A stretch of DNA of 64,000 nucleotides from Candidatus Bathyarchaeia archaeon. Lineage in GTDB: Archaea > Thermoproteota > Bathyarchaeia > Bathyarchaeales > Bathycorpusculaceae. Below are positions 55,506-64,000 of the stretch, in pieces; positions within the stretch are counted from its first letter, which is position 1, and the number at the start of each line of letters is the position of its first letter. The notes under the pieces were generated by a model that was not told the origin of the DNA, made no database searches, and was given only the letters and a program-made list of their open reading frames with translations. A program made the position numbers and the translations under genes. Location of the stretch: assembly GCA_049515895.1 (NCBI GenBank), contig JBEKTQ010000004.1, forward strand, positions 32,001-96,000, in the 5' to 3' direction.

Positions 55506-56492
55506 ATGGTTTCTCTTAGAGCTTTAGCCCCATCCTTAACAAGAATAACAGTTGCGGGAGCAATAGGCGCCGCTTTGCATGTTGGTCAAGGCGACTGCGA
55601 CTTAATTGATGCAAAAGCCGTTGAATTTTCAAGAGCCGTCCTTGCTCAAACAGACGTTGAAGGCGAAGTAATCTGCTGCGAAGGACCCAAAGATCATGCA
55701 CCGTCGTTCGAACGTCGTGAAAAAGTCGGAACAGGAGGAGGGCCCAAGGTTGAATTTATCGTTGACCCAGTTGACGGAACCACTGCGGCCAGCAAAGGTA
55801 GAAAAGATGCGATTTCCGCATTGGCATGCGCACCGGCAGGCTGTTTCCAAGTTTTGCCCGATGACGGATACTACTTCAAAATCGCCGCGGACCATCATGC
55901 AATGGGAAAAATATCCATGGAAATGTCTGTCCAAGAACTAGTGCGCACGGTGGCCCATGAAAAAGGTTTATCCTTAGCAAACTTTACTGTCATAATGCTT
56001 GAACGTGACCGACATAACGAAATCCTTGCCCAACTGAGAAAACTCGGCGTACGAATTCTGCTTATTCCGGACGGAGACATCGCTGGCGCCGTGGTCTGTT
56101 GCTTACCGAACACCGGAGTAGATATGTTAATCGGCGCAGGCGCCGGACCTGAAGCCACCATTGCCGCGACAGCAGTGAAGATTCTTGGCGGAACCATGCT
56201 AGCCAAAGTCTGGGAGGACAAAAAAGATGATTCAGAACGCCTAGAACGCTTGCGGAAAAGCGGCGTTGACGTACACAAAACATACAATCAGGATGAACTT
56301 GCAAAAGGGAAAGAACTGGTTTTTGCAGCGTCAGGAGTCACAAAAGGCGAACTCTTAGACGGAGTGAGAATGGTTCCTAATGGCGCGATTGTTAATTCGA
56401 TTTGCATGCGGTTGCCTAGTGGAACAATAGAAAGATCTGAAACTACGTTGCGGTTTAAAGGTCACCCGGTTTACCAACAATTCCTCCCGTAA
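55506..56492 (+). CDS. glpX: Class II fructose-1,6-bisphosphatase (GlpX family)
   Basis: DAKAV, EG..D.AP, VDPVDGT, LERDRH, IPDGDIAG, GPEA.IAA, ASGVTKGELLDGV. Confidence 0.88.
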   Translation: MVSLRALAPSLTRITVAGAIGAALHVGQGDCDLIDAKAVEFSRAVLAQTDVEGEVICCEGPKDHAPSFERREKVGTGGGPKVEFIVDPVDGTTAASKGRKDAISALACAPAGCFQVLPDDGYYFKIAADHHAMGKISMEMSVQELVRTVAHEKGLSLANFTVIMLERDRHNEILAQLRKLGVRILLIPDGDIAGAVVCCLPNTGVDMLIGAGAGPEATIAATAVKILGGTMLAKVWEDKKDDSERLERLRKSGVDVHKTYNQDELAKGKELVFAASGVTKGELLDGVRMVPNGAIVNSICMRLPSGTIERSETTLRFKGHPVYQQFLP

Positions 56493-56574
56493 ACGCAGCT
56501 ATTTATTAAAAAGTACCATTTTTTTCACAAGCACCTTAATATTTACTTACCAATTTTTCTTTAACAGGTAAACA

Positions 56575-58533
56575 ATGACTTTTGAGGACAACACCTGTAT
56601 AGAAAAGCAGGAGCAAAAAGAAGAACAACACCAAAACGAACGTGTGTTTGTTACTTTTGCCGTTTTATTGGGCTTAACCATTACAATAGGCGGCTTACTT
56701 GACTACTTCTTCTCAGGTGTGCCCCTCAACTTCACAATCCCGCTCGTGAATGTAAAAGCAAGCCTAAGCATAATTCTATACTATGTTGTGGTCCTTTTCG
56801 CCTCAATATACATCGGTCTCGTCGGATTGAGAGAGCTCTTCGCAGAAAAAAGATTCTCAGTGGAATTCTTGATGGCGGTGGCAGCGCTAGGCGCCCTTTA
56901 CCTGCACGCTTTTTTTGAGGCAGCGACAGTATTGTTTCTTTACTCCATTGCCGAGTACCTTGAAGGTTACATTGAAGATAGGGCTCGGCGAACAGTTGAG
57001 AAGCTTTCAAAGTTCATGCCCGACCGCGCCAGAATCATTTTGGACGGAACGGAGAAAACTGTCAACGTCAACGAAGTCGAACCTAATCTGATTCTGGTTG
57101 TGAGACCCGGCGAGCGTATTCCCCTAGACGGCAACGTTACCGAAGGTTTTTCGCATGTTGACCAAGCACTTGTGACGGGTGAATCAGTACCAGTTACCAA
57201 GAAGGTTGATGACTGCGTGTATGCTGGCACGTTAAACATGAGCGGTGTATTAAAAATCGCGGTCACCAAAAAGGCAAGCGAGACACTTGTTTCAAAAATC
57301 ATGGTGCTTGTGTCTGAATCTGGCAAGCGGAAAGCGTCTGTAGAAAAACTTGTTGACCAATTTGCAAAAATTTACGTCCCAATCGTTATCAGCTTAGCTG
57401 TTGTAACGGCTGTGTTGCCAACATTAGTCTTTGGTGGGTCTTTTCACACTTGGCTCTACCGCTCTCTTATCCTCATAGTGGTATCTTGCCCCAGTGCCTT
57501 CATTATCTCAGTTCCAGCAACAGTGTTTGTAGCCATAACAATCGCTGCTAGAAGAGGCGTATTAATAAAGGGGGGAATTTACGTGGAAAAACTCGCCAAA
57601 GTCAAACGTGTAGTTTTCGACAAAACAGGCACGTTAACGCTGGGTAGACCTGCTGTCCACCAGGTAAGATTGACGCATAGAACCGAGCAGGAGGCATTGG
57701 CGCTTGCAGCCGCGCTTGACCAGTTCTCAAATCACCCTGTAGCACAAGCCATTGTCAGACGGGCAAGAGAAAACAGCATAGACCTAAGCAAGTTCAAAGT
57801 TACCGACCTCACCGAAGTTCCAGGCAAAGGCATAATCGGAAACGTTAACGGCAACTTCGTGGCAGTCGGAAACATGGAACTTATGAAAGAGTTTGATTGT
57901 AACTGCGAAGAAGCGATGGCGATTGATGAGGCGGACACGCACACCTCAGTCTGTGTTTCCGTCGGAAAGGAAGGGTTTGCAACAGTTTGCGTTGTAGACC
58001 AGGTGCGGGAAGACGCGTTAAAAGCAATAAGCGACTTGAAGAAAAACGGGATAAAAACGGCAATGCTCACTGGCGACAGGGCAGAAATTGCCAAAGAAAC
58101 GGCAGAAACTCTAAAAATCGATGAAGTCTACGCTGAGCTATTTCCTGAAGACAAACTCAAATGTATCGAGGAGATGAAAGGGAAAGATGGACTCGTGGCA
58201 ATGGTTGGAGACGGCGTCAACGATGCCCCCGCACTTGCCGTTTCAGACGTCGGCATAGCCATGGGCGCCGCAGGCGTTGACGTTGCCCTGGAATCCGCGG
58301 ATGTGGTGCTTGTGAAGGACGAGCTTGCCCAAATTCCTTACCTGATTAGGCTAAGCGATAAAACAATGGGGATAGCCAAACAAAACATCGCGGCATCACT
58401 CGTCATAAAACTCATTTTAGGAGCACTAGGGGTACTCGGGGTAACGGGGTTGCTCGCAACAGTTATCGCTGGAGATGACGGGGTCACTATGCTTCTTTTG
58501 CTTAATTCACTGCGGCTTGAACGCGTAAAATAG
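56575..58533 (+). CDS. Heavy-metal P1B-type ATPase (ZntA/CadA-like)
   Basis: TGES, SCPS, DKTGTLT, HP, TGD, GDGVNDAPAL; no N-terminal HMA domain. Confidence 0.92.
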   Translation: MTFEDNTCIEKQEQKEEQHQNERVFVTFAVLLGLTITIGGLLDYFFSGVPLNFTIPLVNVKASLSIILYYVVVLFASIYIGLVGLRELFAEKRFSVEFLMAVAALGALYLHAFFEAATVLFLYSIAEYLEGYIEDRARRTVEKLSKFMPDRARIILDGTEKTVNVNEVEPNLILVVRPGERIPLDGNVTEGFSHVDQALVTGESVPVTKKVDDCVYAGTLNMSGVLKIAVTKKASETLVSKIMVLVSESGKRKASVEKLVDQFAKIYVPIVISLAVVTAVLPTLVFGGSFHTWLYRSLILIVVSCPSAFIISVPATVFVAITIAARRGVLIKGGIYVEKLAKVKRVVFDKTGTLTLGRPAVHQVRLTHRTEQEALALAAALDQFSNHPVAQAIVRRARENSIDLSKFKVTDLTEVPGKGIIGNVNGNFVAVGNMELMKEFDCNCEEAMAIDEADTHTSVCVSVGKEGFATVCVVDQVREDALKAISDLKKNGIKTAMLTGDRAEIAKETAETLKIDEVYAELFPEDKLKCIEEMKGKDGLVAMVGDGVNDAPALAVSDVGIAMGAAGVDVALESADVVLVKDELAQIPYLIRLSDKTMGIAKQNIAASLVIKLILGALGVLGVTGLLATVIAGDDGVTMLLLLNSLRLERVK

Positions 58534-58636
58534 GTCATTGAGGAATATTGCTCAAGACAGTTTTGAAAATGTTTGCCCTAAAAAATAGGTTGCAATTTGA
58601 AAAATTAATAAGCGATCAAACAGTGACCTTACAGTC

Positions 58637-59137
58637 ATGCCTAAGCCCTATCCAAAAACCCAGCCTAAAAAGACCAAACCGAATACCAAAACCAACGGTC
58701 AACCCAAACCCGTAAGCATCACCTCAAGCAAAACCTACTGGATAACGCTAACGTTGCTAATGCTTGTTTTCGGGTCTTTTTACGGATACTTAATGAAAGT
58801 TGCCTTAGCCGCCATAGGTATTATGCTGGCAAGTGTCCTGTTTCTGATAGGTTTCGCATATTACCTCAAATTCAAACAGTCCCCCTTAACAAACTCCAGT
58901 AGGGCAACATTTCTTTTTGGCGGAGCCTGCGTTATCGGCTTTGCAATCTGGGTAGTAATCGTGCTTCTTTCAAGTCTAGTTGGCCTTTGGGCACCAATAG
59001 CACTATCGATAGGCGACAACTTTTTTGCCATAACAAGCCTAATAATCTGCTTAACTTCAGGAGCGTTCATAGGAGACTTAATCGGCAACAACAAAGAGAA
59101 AATAAGCGTTTTTCTCAAGAGCAAGTTTAGCAAATAA
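58637..59137 (+). CDS. Hypothetical membrane protein (4 TM)
   Basis: Basic N-terminus followed by four hydrophobic segments. Confidence 0.65.
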   Translation: MPKPYPKTQPKKTKPNTKTNGQPKPVSITSSKTYWITLTLLMLVFGSFYGYLMKVALAAIGIMLASVLFLIGFAYYLKFKQSPLTNSSRATFLFGGACVIGFAIWVVIVLLSSLVGLWAPIALSIGDNFFAITSLIICLTSGAFIGDLIGNNKEKISVFLKSKFSK

Positions 59138-59226
59138 CTTTGTCCTTCCATTTACGCTCGCAGAACCTTTAAGAGCCCAAGCAATTAAGCATCTTCAGGA
59201 AAGCTAAACAAGGAATAGACCATACG

Positions 59227-60105
59227 TTGAAATTTGGAATAATGACTCGGAATCCCGAAGCATGGAGCAGCACACAAGTTCGGGAAGCATTAACCAAACG
59301 AGGCATCCCATACGAATGCTTTACTTTTCCACGGATCGTCGCGAGGCTAGCATACAAACCCTACTTCAAAGTCAACAGCACCAGCCTCTTGGACGATTTA
59401 GACGCCCTTATCATTCGTCCCATTGGACGCGGCTCGTTGGAGGAGCTGGTTTTCCGAATGGACATGCTCTACAAGCTTGAGCGTCAAGGCTTCTACATGG
59501 TGAATCCTCCGGCGGCAATAGAGCATTGTGTTGATAAATACGACATCCTTGCTCTCCTTGAGGATATTGGCGTTCCCGTCCCACGCACCCTGGCAACTGA
59601 AAGCGTCAACGAAGCACTCAAAGCATTCAACGAGTTGGGTGGTGATATCGTTGTTAAACCTATTTTTGGCTCACGCGGGCAAGGCGCAACTCGGGTTAAC
59701 GACGTAGACATCGCCGATACCATTTTCAAAGCCATTACGTTCCACCATGGCGTCATTTACATGCAGGAATTCGTTCCTCATGGGCACTCGGATATTCGAG
59801 CCTTCGTAATCGGCGATCGGGTAGTCTCATCTATGCGGCGGGTTGCCGAAGGCTGGAAAACCAATTACAGCAGAGGGGCCAAACCTGCCGCAGCTGAAAT
59901 CAGCAAAGAATTTGAAGACTTAGCCATAAAATCAGCTAAGGCGGTGGGCTGTAAAATCGCGGGAGTGGATATCCTTGAAGGACCAGAAGGGCCGCGGATT
60001 GTAGATGTCAACAGCCAGCCAGGGTGGAAAGGACTGCAAGCGGTTGCCAAAGTTAATATCGCTGAAGAAATAGTTAGTTTTGTTTTGTCTGAACTGAAAA
60101 AATAA
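59227..60105 (+). CDS. RimK-family ATP-grasp alpha-L-glutamate ligase (MptN/CofF-like)
   Basis: DKY, PVPRT, VVKPIFGSRG, YMQEF, DIRAFV, WKTN, GVDIL, DVNSQPGW. Confidence 0.88.
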   Translation: MKFGIMTRNPEAWSSTQVREALTKRGIPYECFTFPRIVARLAYKPYFKVNSTSLLDDLDALIIRPIGRGSLEELVFRMDMLYKLERQGFYMVNPPAAIEHCVDKYDILALLEDIGVPVPRTLATESVNEALKAFNELGGDIVVKPIFGSRGQGATRVNDVDIADTIFKAITFHHGVIYMQEFVPHGHSDIRAFVIGDRVVSSMRRVAEGWKTNYSRGAKPAAAEISKEFEDLAIKSAKAVGCKIAGVDILEGPEGPRIVDVNSQPGWKGLQAVAKVNIAEEIVSFVLSELKK

Positions 60106-60107
60106 GA

Positions 60108-61103
60108 TTATTTCTCGGAAACTATCAAGTTGTAAGGGTCAATGGGAACTTCGGGGAAAGGCATTTCCTCTTTGTGCTTAACCATAACTCGCTCTTTTTC
60201 AGTGAATTCTCCTATAAAATAAGCCGTAAGCCCATTTTGCCTCAATGTTTCCATTACTTTTTTCGTCGCTTGAAAGTCCACCGCTACTAAAACAGTCCCT
60301 GTTGAAGACATAGATAGAACCTGCTCATCGCTAAGTCTGAAGTGGTTCTGTAAGGAAAGTACTTCGCGTGAAAACGCGAGTTTTTCCCAGTCCACTCTAA
60401 AACCAACTCCTGACGCTTCAGCAAGCTCGTTTAAAGCGGCTACAACCCCGCCTTCAGTGGCATCATGCATCGCATGGACCCCGCCGGTTTTAGCCAGCTG
60501 CAGCGCTTCGGAAACGCAGCTTTGCATGCGAACCATCCCTGAAAATTTTTCCTGCACTTCTGCTCCGAACAGGTCCCTCGCCAGCTCCTTTTGGATCAGA
60601 GCAAAGTTGATTACCGTTTCTAAACCGAGCGGCTTGGTGCACAAAATGAGGTCGCCTGGCTTAGCATTTGCCGGCGTAATCAGTTTCTCCAAGTTCACTG
60701 TCCCATAAACTGTAGCGACGCCGACCAAGCCTTGAAGGCTATCATACATACCGGTGTGTCCTCGAACAATCGCGATGTCAAGTTCAACTGCTGCTTGGCA
60801 GGTTTGCTTCATAATTTTTTGAAAAACTTCTGGTTTTGTTGAGCGTGGCCCAAGCAGGTTGATTGTACAAAATTGGGGTTTGGCACCTGACAGGGCAACG
60901 TCTGAGGCGGCGTAGTTGATCAGCAAGTAACCAAACCATTCTTCAGGAACGCCTGTGCACGGGTCAGACGCAACAACCATATATTTGCCGTCTACTTCGT
61001 GAACGCCTGAATCGTAGCCAATCATGGGTGGAATGACTACTCTGGAATCCTCCTTGATGCAGCTTAGAATTTTTTGTAGTTCTTGGTCTGGCAGTTTACC
61101 CAT
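60108..61103 (-). CDS. AIR synthase-related (PurM/ThiL/HypE fold) protein
   Basis: MGKLP, GYDSG, ASDP, SDVALSGAKP, GHT, AKPGDLI, AMHDATEGG. Confidence 0.85.
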   Translation of the reverse strand: MGKLPDQELQKILSCIKEDSRVVIPPMIGYDSGVHEVDGKYMVVASDPCTGVPEEWFGYLLINYAASDVALSGAKPQFCTINLLGPRSTKPEVFQKIMKQTCQAAVELDIAIVRGHTGMYDSLQGLVGVATVYGTVNLEKLITPANAKPGDLILCTKPLGLETVINFALIQKELARDLFGAEVQEKFSGMVRMQSCVSEALQLAKTGGVHAMHDATEGGVVAALNELAEASGVGFRVDWEKLAFSREVLSLQNHFRLSDEQVLSMSSTGTVLVAVDFQATKKVMETLRQNGLTAYFIGEFTEKERVMVKHKEEMPFPEVPIDPYNLIVSEK

Positions 61104-61113
61104 GTTTTATCCA

Positions 61114-61713
61114 TCATAAGCGGTAGTCAAGGGTTCCTCTTTTTATCAGAATTGTCATCACTACGGCGCTAATAATGTATTCTACTATGAGGAAGCTGCC
61201 ATTATAGATGGCTGGAAAAATCCATCTTCCGTATGCGGGAAACGCATAAACGTAATACCAAACGAATACGCCTGCGAAATAGTGAACGAGGAATCTTAGG
61301 AAAACAGCGATGCCAGCGCCGACAAGGGCAAGACGAACGGTTTTGTTGTGAAATAAGCTGGTTAACATGCCTGTTAGCCCAATTAACCCAAAAGCTACAG
61401 GGTACTCGAACACTGCTTGGACGGGAGTGGCAACTACCGCTGAAGCTCCAAGAGAAAGCACATCGATTAACAAAGCAATTGCGCCAAATATTGCTCCTGT
61501 TATCAATCCCACACGGATACCTCGCCTAATAGACAGCCACATTGTTGGAACCATGCTACCCAGAGTCACGGCGCCACCATAAGGCAATGAAAATGGTCTA
61601 AGAGCATACAACACGGCTGATAGAGCCGAAAAAACAGCAATTTCCGCAAGAATTTTTGTTTGGAATATAGTATTAGATTTTTCAGTTATGTTATCTGATT
61701 TAGGTTGGTTCAA
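61114..61713 (-). CDS. thiT: Thiamine ECF transporter S-component ThiT
   Basis: LAEIAVFSAL, PYGGAVT, RRG..G, HYFAGVFVW, YNGSF; TPP riboswitch upstream; true start probably TTG 61713. Confidence 0.85.
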   Translation of the reverse strand: MNQPKSDNITEKSNTIFQTKILAEIAVFSALSAVLYALRPFSLPYGGAVTLGSMVPTMWLSIRRGIRVGLITGAIFGAIALLIDVLSLGASAVVATPVQAVFEYPVAFGLIGLTGMLTSLFHNKTVRLALVGAGIAVFLRFLVHYFAGVFVWYYVYAFPAYGRWIFPAIYNGSFLIVEYIISAVVMTILIKRGTLDYRL

Positions 61714-61716
61714 TTT

Positions 61717-61810
61717 TTTTCCCTCCGCCAGCATTACCTGGTTCAGGTTCTAAGGGTCGACAGCGACTAGCCGTCCTCTCAGCCGGGTCTACTCCCAGCT
61801 CCCCGAGAAC
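61717..61810 (-). ncRNA. TPP (THI-box) riboswitch
   Basis: Minus strand GUUCUCGGGGAGCUGGG..CCCGGCUGAGAG..GACCCUUAGAACCUGAACCAGGUAAUGCUGGCGGAGGGAA; conserved UGAGA and ACCUGA..UAAUG..GGAGGGA; stems P1-P5 can pair. Confidence 0.93.
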
Positions 61811-61904
61811 ATCTTAATGGGATAATGTTTTTAGGATATATTTTAGTTTTCCTACCCGGAAACTTTAACCCGTTAGAAGCAAAGTGGAATCTGAGGCTTG
61901 AAGC

Positions 61905-62654
61905 ATGAGCAGCAAGGCAAAAAAGAGAGTTGGCTTGATTGGGTGCGGAGCAATCGGCACTGTCCTAGCTGAAGCTATCGAGCGGAAACTCGTTGTATGC
62001 GACGAACTGGTTGTCTACGACGTTGACGACTCAAGAGCACAAATGCTCAAGGGCGCCCTCAAGTTTCCAGTGGTAATAGCAAAAAGCGTGGATGAACTTC
62101 TCTCTTTAAAGCCGAAGGTTGTTGTGGAAGCTGCGTCGCAGCAGGCTGCTAAGGAATATGTGCCGAAAATCGTTTCCTCAGGAGCCGAGGTGATTGTGAT
62201 GAGCACGGGTGCCCTGCTCGGCCTGGCGGTTGACTTAAGACGGGTTCACGTTCCTTCTGGCGCCATCGGCGGTTTAGATGCTCTTTCCAGCGCCGCTTTA
62301 GCAGGCGTTGACGAGGTTATTTTGACTTCACGAAAAAACCCCAAAGCACTTGGCAAAGATAATGCAGTTGAGGCAGTTGTTTACGAGGGCTTTGCGGAGG
62401 AAGCGGCGAAGTTATTTCCAAGAGAAATGAATGTTGCTGCCACTTTAGCGTTGACTGTTAATCCAGCCAAGGTAAAAGTGCTAGTAGTATCAGACCCGGC
62501 TGTCAAACGGAACACACATGAAATTCAGGTTAAATGGCGATTCGGCAAGATGTTTCTGCGTTTTGCAAATGATCCGCATCCAGACAACCCGCATACCAGT
62601 GCATTAGCCGCCTGGTCAGCTATCAAACTCCTGCGGACTCTTCTGGAAACCTAA
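61905..62654 (+). CDS. nadX: L-aspartate dehydrogenase
   Basis: IGCGAIG, VVEAASQ, MSTGAL, PSGAIGGLD, FP..MNVAA, NTHEI, NPHTSALAA. Confidence 0.88.
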   Translation: MSSKAKKRVGLIGCGAIGTVLAEAIERKLVVCDELVVYDVDDSRAQMLKGALKFPVVIAKSVDELLSLKPKVVVEAASQQAAKEYVPKIVSSGAEVIVMSTGALLGLAVDLRRVHVPSGAIGGLDALSSAALAGVDEVILTSRKNPKALGKDNAVEAVVYEGFAEEAAKLFPREMNVAATLALTVNPAKVKVLVVSDPAVKRNTHEIQVKWRFGKMFLRFANDPHPDNPHTSALAAWSAIKLLRTLLET

Positions 62655-62750
62655 AAAGCTTTTCTTCAGTTTACTATTTTTGCTCTTTCAAACTAAGCCA
62701 CCCAAAATATCTATTTGTCTACTTTTTCGTTGCGGTATTTTTTGCTCGGA

Positions 62751-62852
62751 AAAGTCAACTCATGCTATTGACTTTTGTTGACGTTAATTGACGGTGGTTG
62801 ACGCCTGTTGACTTTCAATGACTTTTATTGACTTTTAATGACTTCTATTGAC
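62751..62852. repeat. Intergenic array of nine (T/A)TGAC units with exact 10-bp period, plus one inverted copy
   Basis: tgctaTTGAC ttttgTTGAC gttaaTTGAC ggtggTTGAC gcctgTTGAC tttcaATGAC ttttaTTGAC ttttaATGAC ttctaTTGAC; inverted GTCAA at 62754. Confidence 0.9.
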
Positions 62853-62986
62853 TTTTTATGGCGCAACCTGCAAGTGAATCAAGCTTCTCCACAAAAAAGC
62901 AACCCAAAAACACAAAGAAAAAAACCGAGAAATCCCTCGCAGCTAATCAATCTTATAAGGTGATTCTGACTATGCAGTATTAGGCT

Positions 62987-63391
62987 GTGGTTTGGATGCA
63001 TATTTCACTTGCGCTTGTCATCGGACTTCTGGTAGCCGTAGGAGCCTTCCTTGTTTATGTTGCGCTCGTGGGAGTAAGTTTCATTGGACTAGGGGTGTCG
63101 GGTGAAGTAGAGCTAGCTACAACACTGTTCGTCGCAGCAGCAATCATAATTCTAATATTCGCCGCGGGATTCAGAGCCCAGTTTAGACGAGTAAGAACAG
63201 GTAGGGAAGCCTTAATCGGCGCTACTGGCACAGTAACAACCACCCTTAATCCCAGAGGTGAGGTCCGTGTTATGAGTGAGTTCTGGGAAGCCGAGGCTAA
63301 AGAAGGAACTATCGCTGCTGGTCAAACGGTGGAAGTCATCGGCATGGATGGCCTGACTCTTGTGGTTAAACCTTGTGAGCAAAAAGCTTAA
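62987..63391 (+). CDS. NfeD-family protein (short form)
   Basis: N-terminal TMs then TGREALIG..G.V..L.P.G.V...EFWEA..GQTVEV..GLTLVV OB-fold; upstream of an SPFH gene. Confidence 0.88.
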   Translation: MVWMHISLALVIGLLVAVGAFLVYVALVGVSFIGLGVSGEVELATTLFVAAAIIILIFAAGFRAQFRRVRTGREALIGATGTVTTTLNPRGEVRVMSEFWEAEAKEGTIAAGQTVEVIGMDGLTLVVKPCEQKA

Positions 63392-63430
63392 CTGCATAGA
63401 CCACAGAATAGCTTAATTGAGGTTTGAAAG

Positions 63431-64000
63431 ATGGATCCACTTTTAATCGGCCTTATCGGCTTCATAGTTTTCATCATAGTAGTCTTCCTGCTAAGCGGAA
63501 TCAGAGTGCTAAGAGAATGGGAAAGAATGCCGGTTCTGCGTCTAGGACGCTACATCGGCATGAAAGGCCCAGGAATCATCTACCTTGTCCCAATAATCGA
63601 CAGAGCACCCCTAAAAATATCCACCAGGCTGGACACTATACAGTTCCGAACAGAATCAACCCTAACCAAAGACAACGTCCCAGTAAACGTAGACTCAGTG
63701 CTCTACATGAAACCAGTAGACCTGGAAAAAGCGGTGTTACAAGTAGAAAACTACTACCAAGCAACGCAGCTCGCCTCACAAACAACTCTGAGGGAAGTCA
63801 TCGGAAAACAAAGCCTTAACGAGCTACTCGCGGAACGAGAAAAAGTCGGCGCAACCCTTCGGGAAATCATAGATGAAAAAACGGAAAATTGGGGCATCAA
63901 AGTTACTGCGGTTGAAGTCCGTGACGTCATAATACCCGGTAACCTGCAAGATGCAATGTCACGTCAAGCACAAGCAGAACGGGAACGCATCGCACGCGTA
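63431..64000 (+). CDS. SPFH/stomatin (band 7) protein, truncated by the window end
   Basis: Manual translation MDPLLIG..IRVLREWER..LRLGR..GPG..TKDNVPVNVD..QTTLREVIG..WGIKVTAVEVRDV..AMSRQAQAERER. Confidence 0.93.
   Translation, partial: MDPLLIGLIGFIVFIIVVFLLSGIRVLREWERMPVLRLGRYIGMKGPGIIYLVPIIDRAPLKISTRLDTIQFRTESTLTKDNVPVNVDSVLYMKPVDLEKAVLQVENYYQATQLASQTTLREVIGKQSLNELLAEREKVGATLREIIDEKTENWGIKVTAVEVRDVIIPGNLQDAMSRQAQAERERIARV

Noticed and set aside
61714-61734. ATG start of thiT at 61734 given by the ORF track
   Set aside because: Lies inside the riboswitch P5 loop; TTG at 61713 has a properly spaced GGAGG
62751-62862. Possible CRISPR array or coding repeat
   Set aside because: Units are 10 bp with a 5-bp core, far too short for repeat-spacer structure; no cas genes; period not a multiple of 3
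63424-63819. 131-aa ORF from the ORF track
   Set aside because: Out-of-frame shadow of the real SPFH gene starting at 63431, which runs off the window
1-64000. Many antisense and overlapping ORFs of 60-170 aa; frequent TTG/GTG starts; search for tRNA, rRNA, integrase or transposase
   Set aside because: Shadow ORFs lie opposite well-supported genes and lack motifs; alternative starts occur throughout and look lineage-typical; no tRNA, rRNA or mobile-element signature was recognised by eye

Overview
Archaeal chromosomal segment with no rRNA, tRNA, CRISPR array or transposase seen. Gene content and order (dtdA-secE-spt5-rpl11-rpl1-rpl10; aIF6-rpl18a-pfdA-ftsY; tungsten AOR; IOR; frequent TTG/GTG starts) point to a TACK archaeon, most plausibly Bathyarchaeia (inference). 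The window holds housekeeping genes, a 1.9-kaa DUF4011/SF1-helicase/Vsr-like (Hhe-type) putative defence protein, tungstate uptake (tupABC+modE), an ABC exporter, hcp, a branched-chain/aryl-acid uptake and activation set (liv, ACT, paaI, paaK, iorAB), AOR with its Fe-S subunit and MoaD, glpX, a P1B ATPase, thiT and an nfeD-stomatin pair. Main findings: (1) a complete TPP riboswitch that overlaps the ribosome-binding site of thiT, which is followed by an AIR-synthase/ThiL-like gene; (2) an IorA with a 4x[4Fe-4S] AOR-beta-like ferredoxin inserted in its TPP domain; (3) a stand-alone Rpo5 with a eukaryote-type RPB5 N-terminal domain; (4) the same CGTTATG-N10-CATAACG palindrome at tupA and at aor/moaD, a candidate ModE tungsten regulon; (5) a nine-unit TTGAC array with exact 10-bp period; (6) a membrane-anchored protein resembling the Png1/NGLY1 catalytic core. 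All product calls come from motif recognition by eye; no database searches were run.
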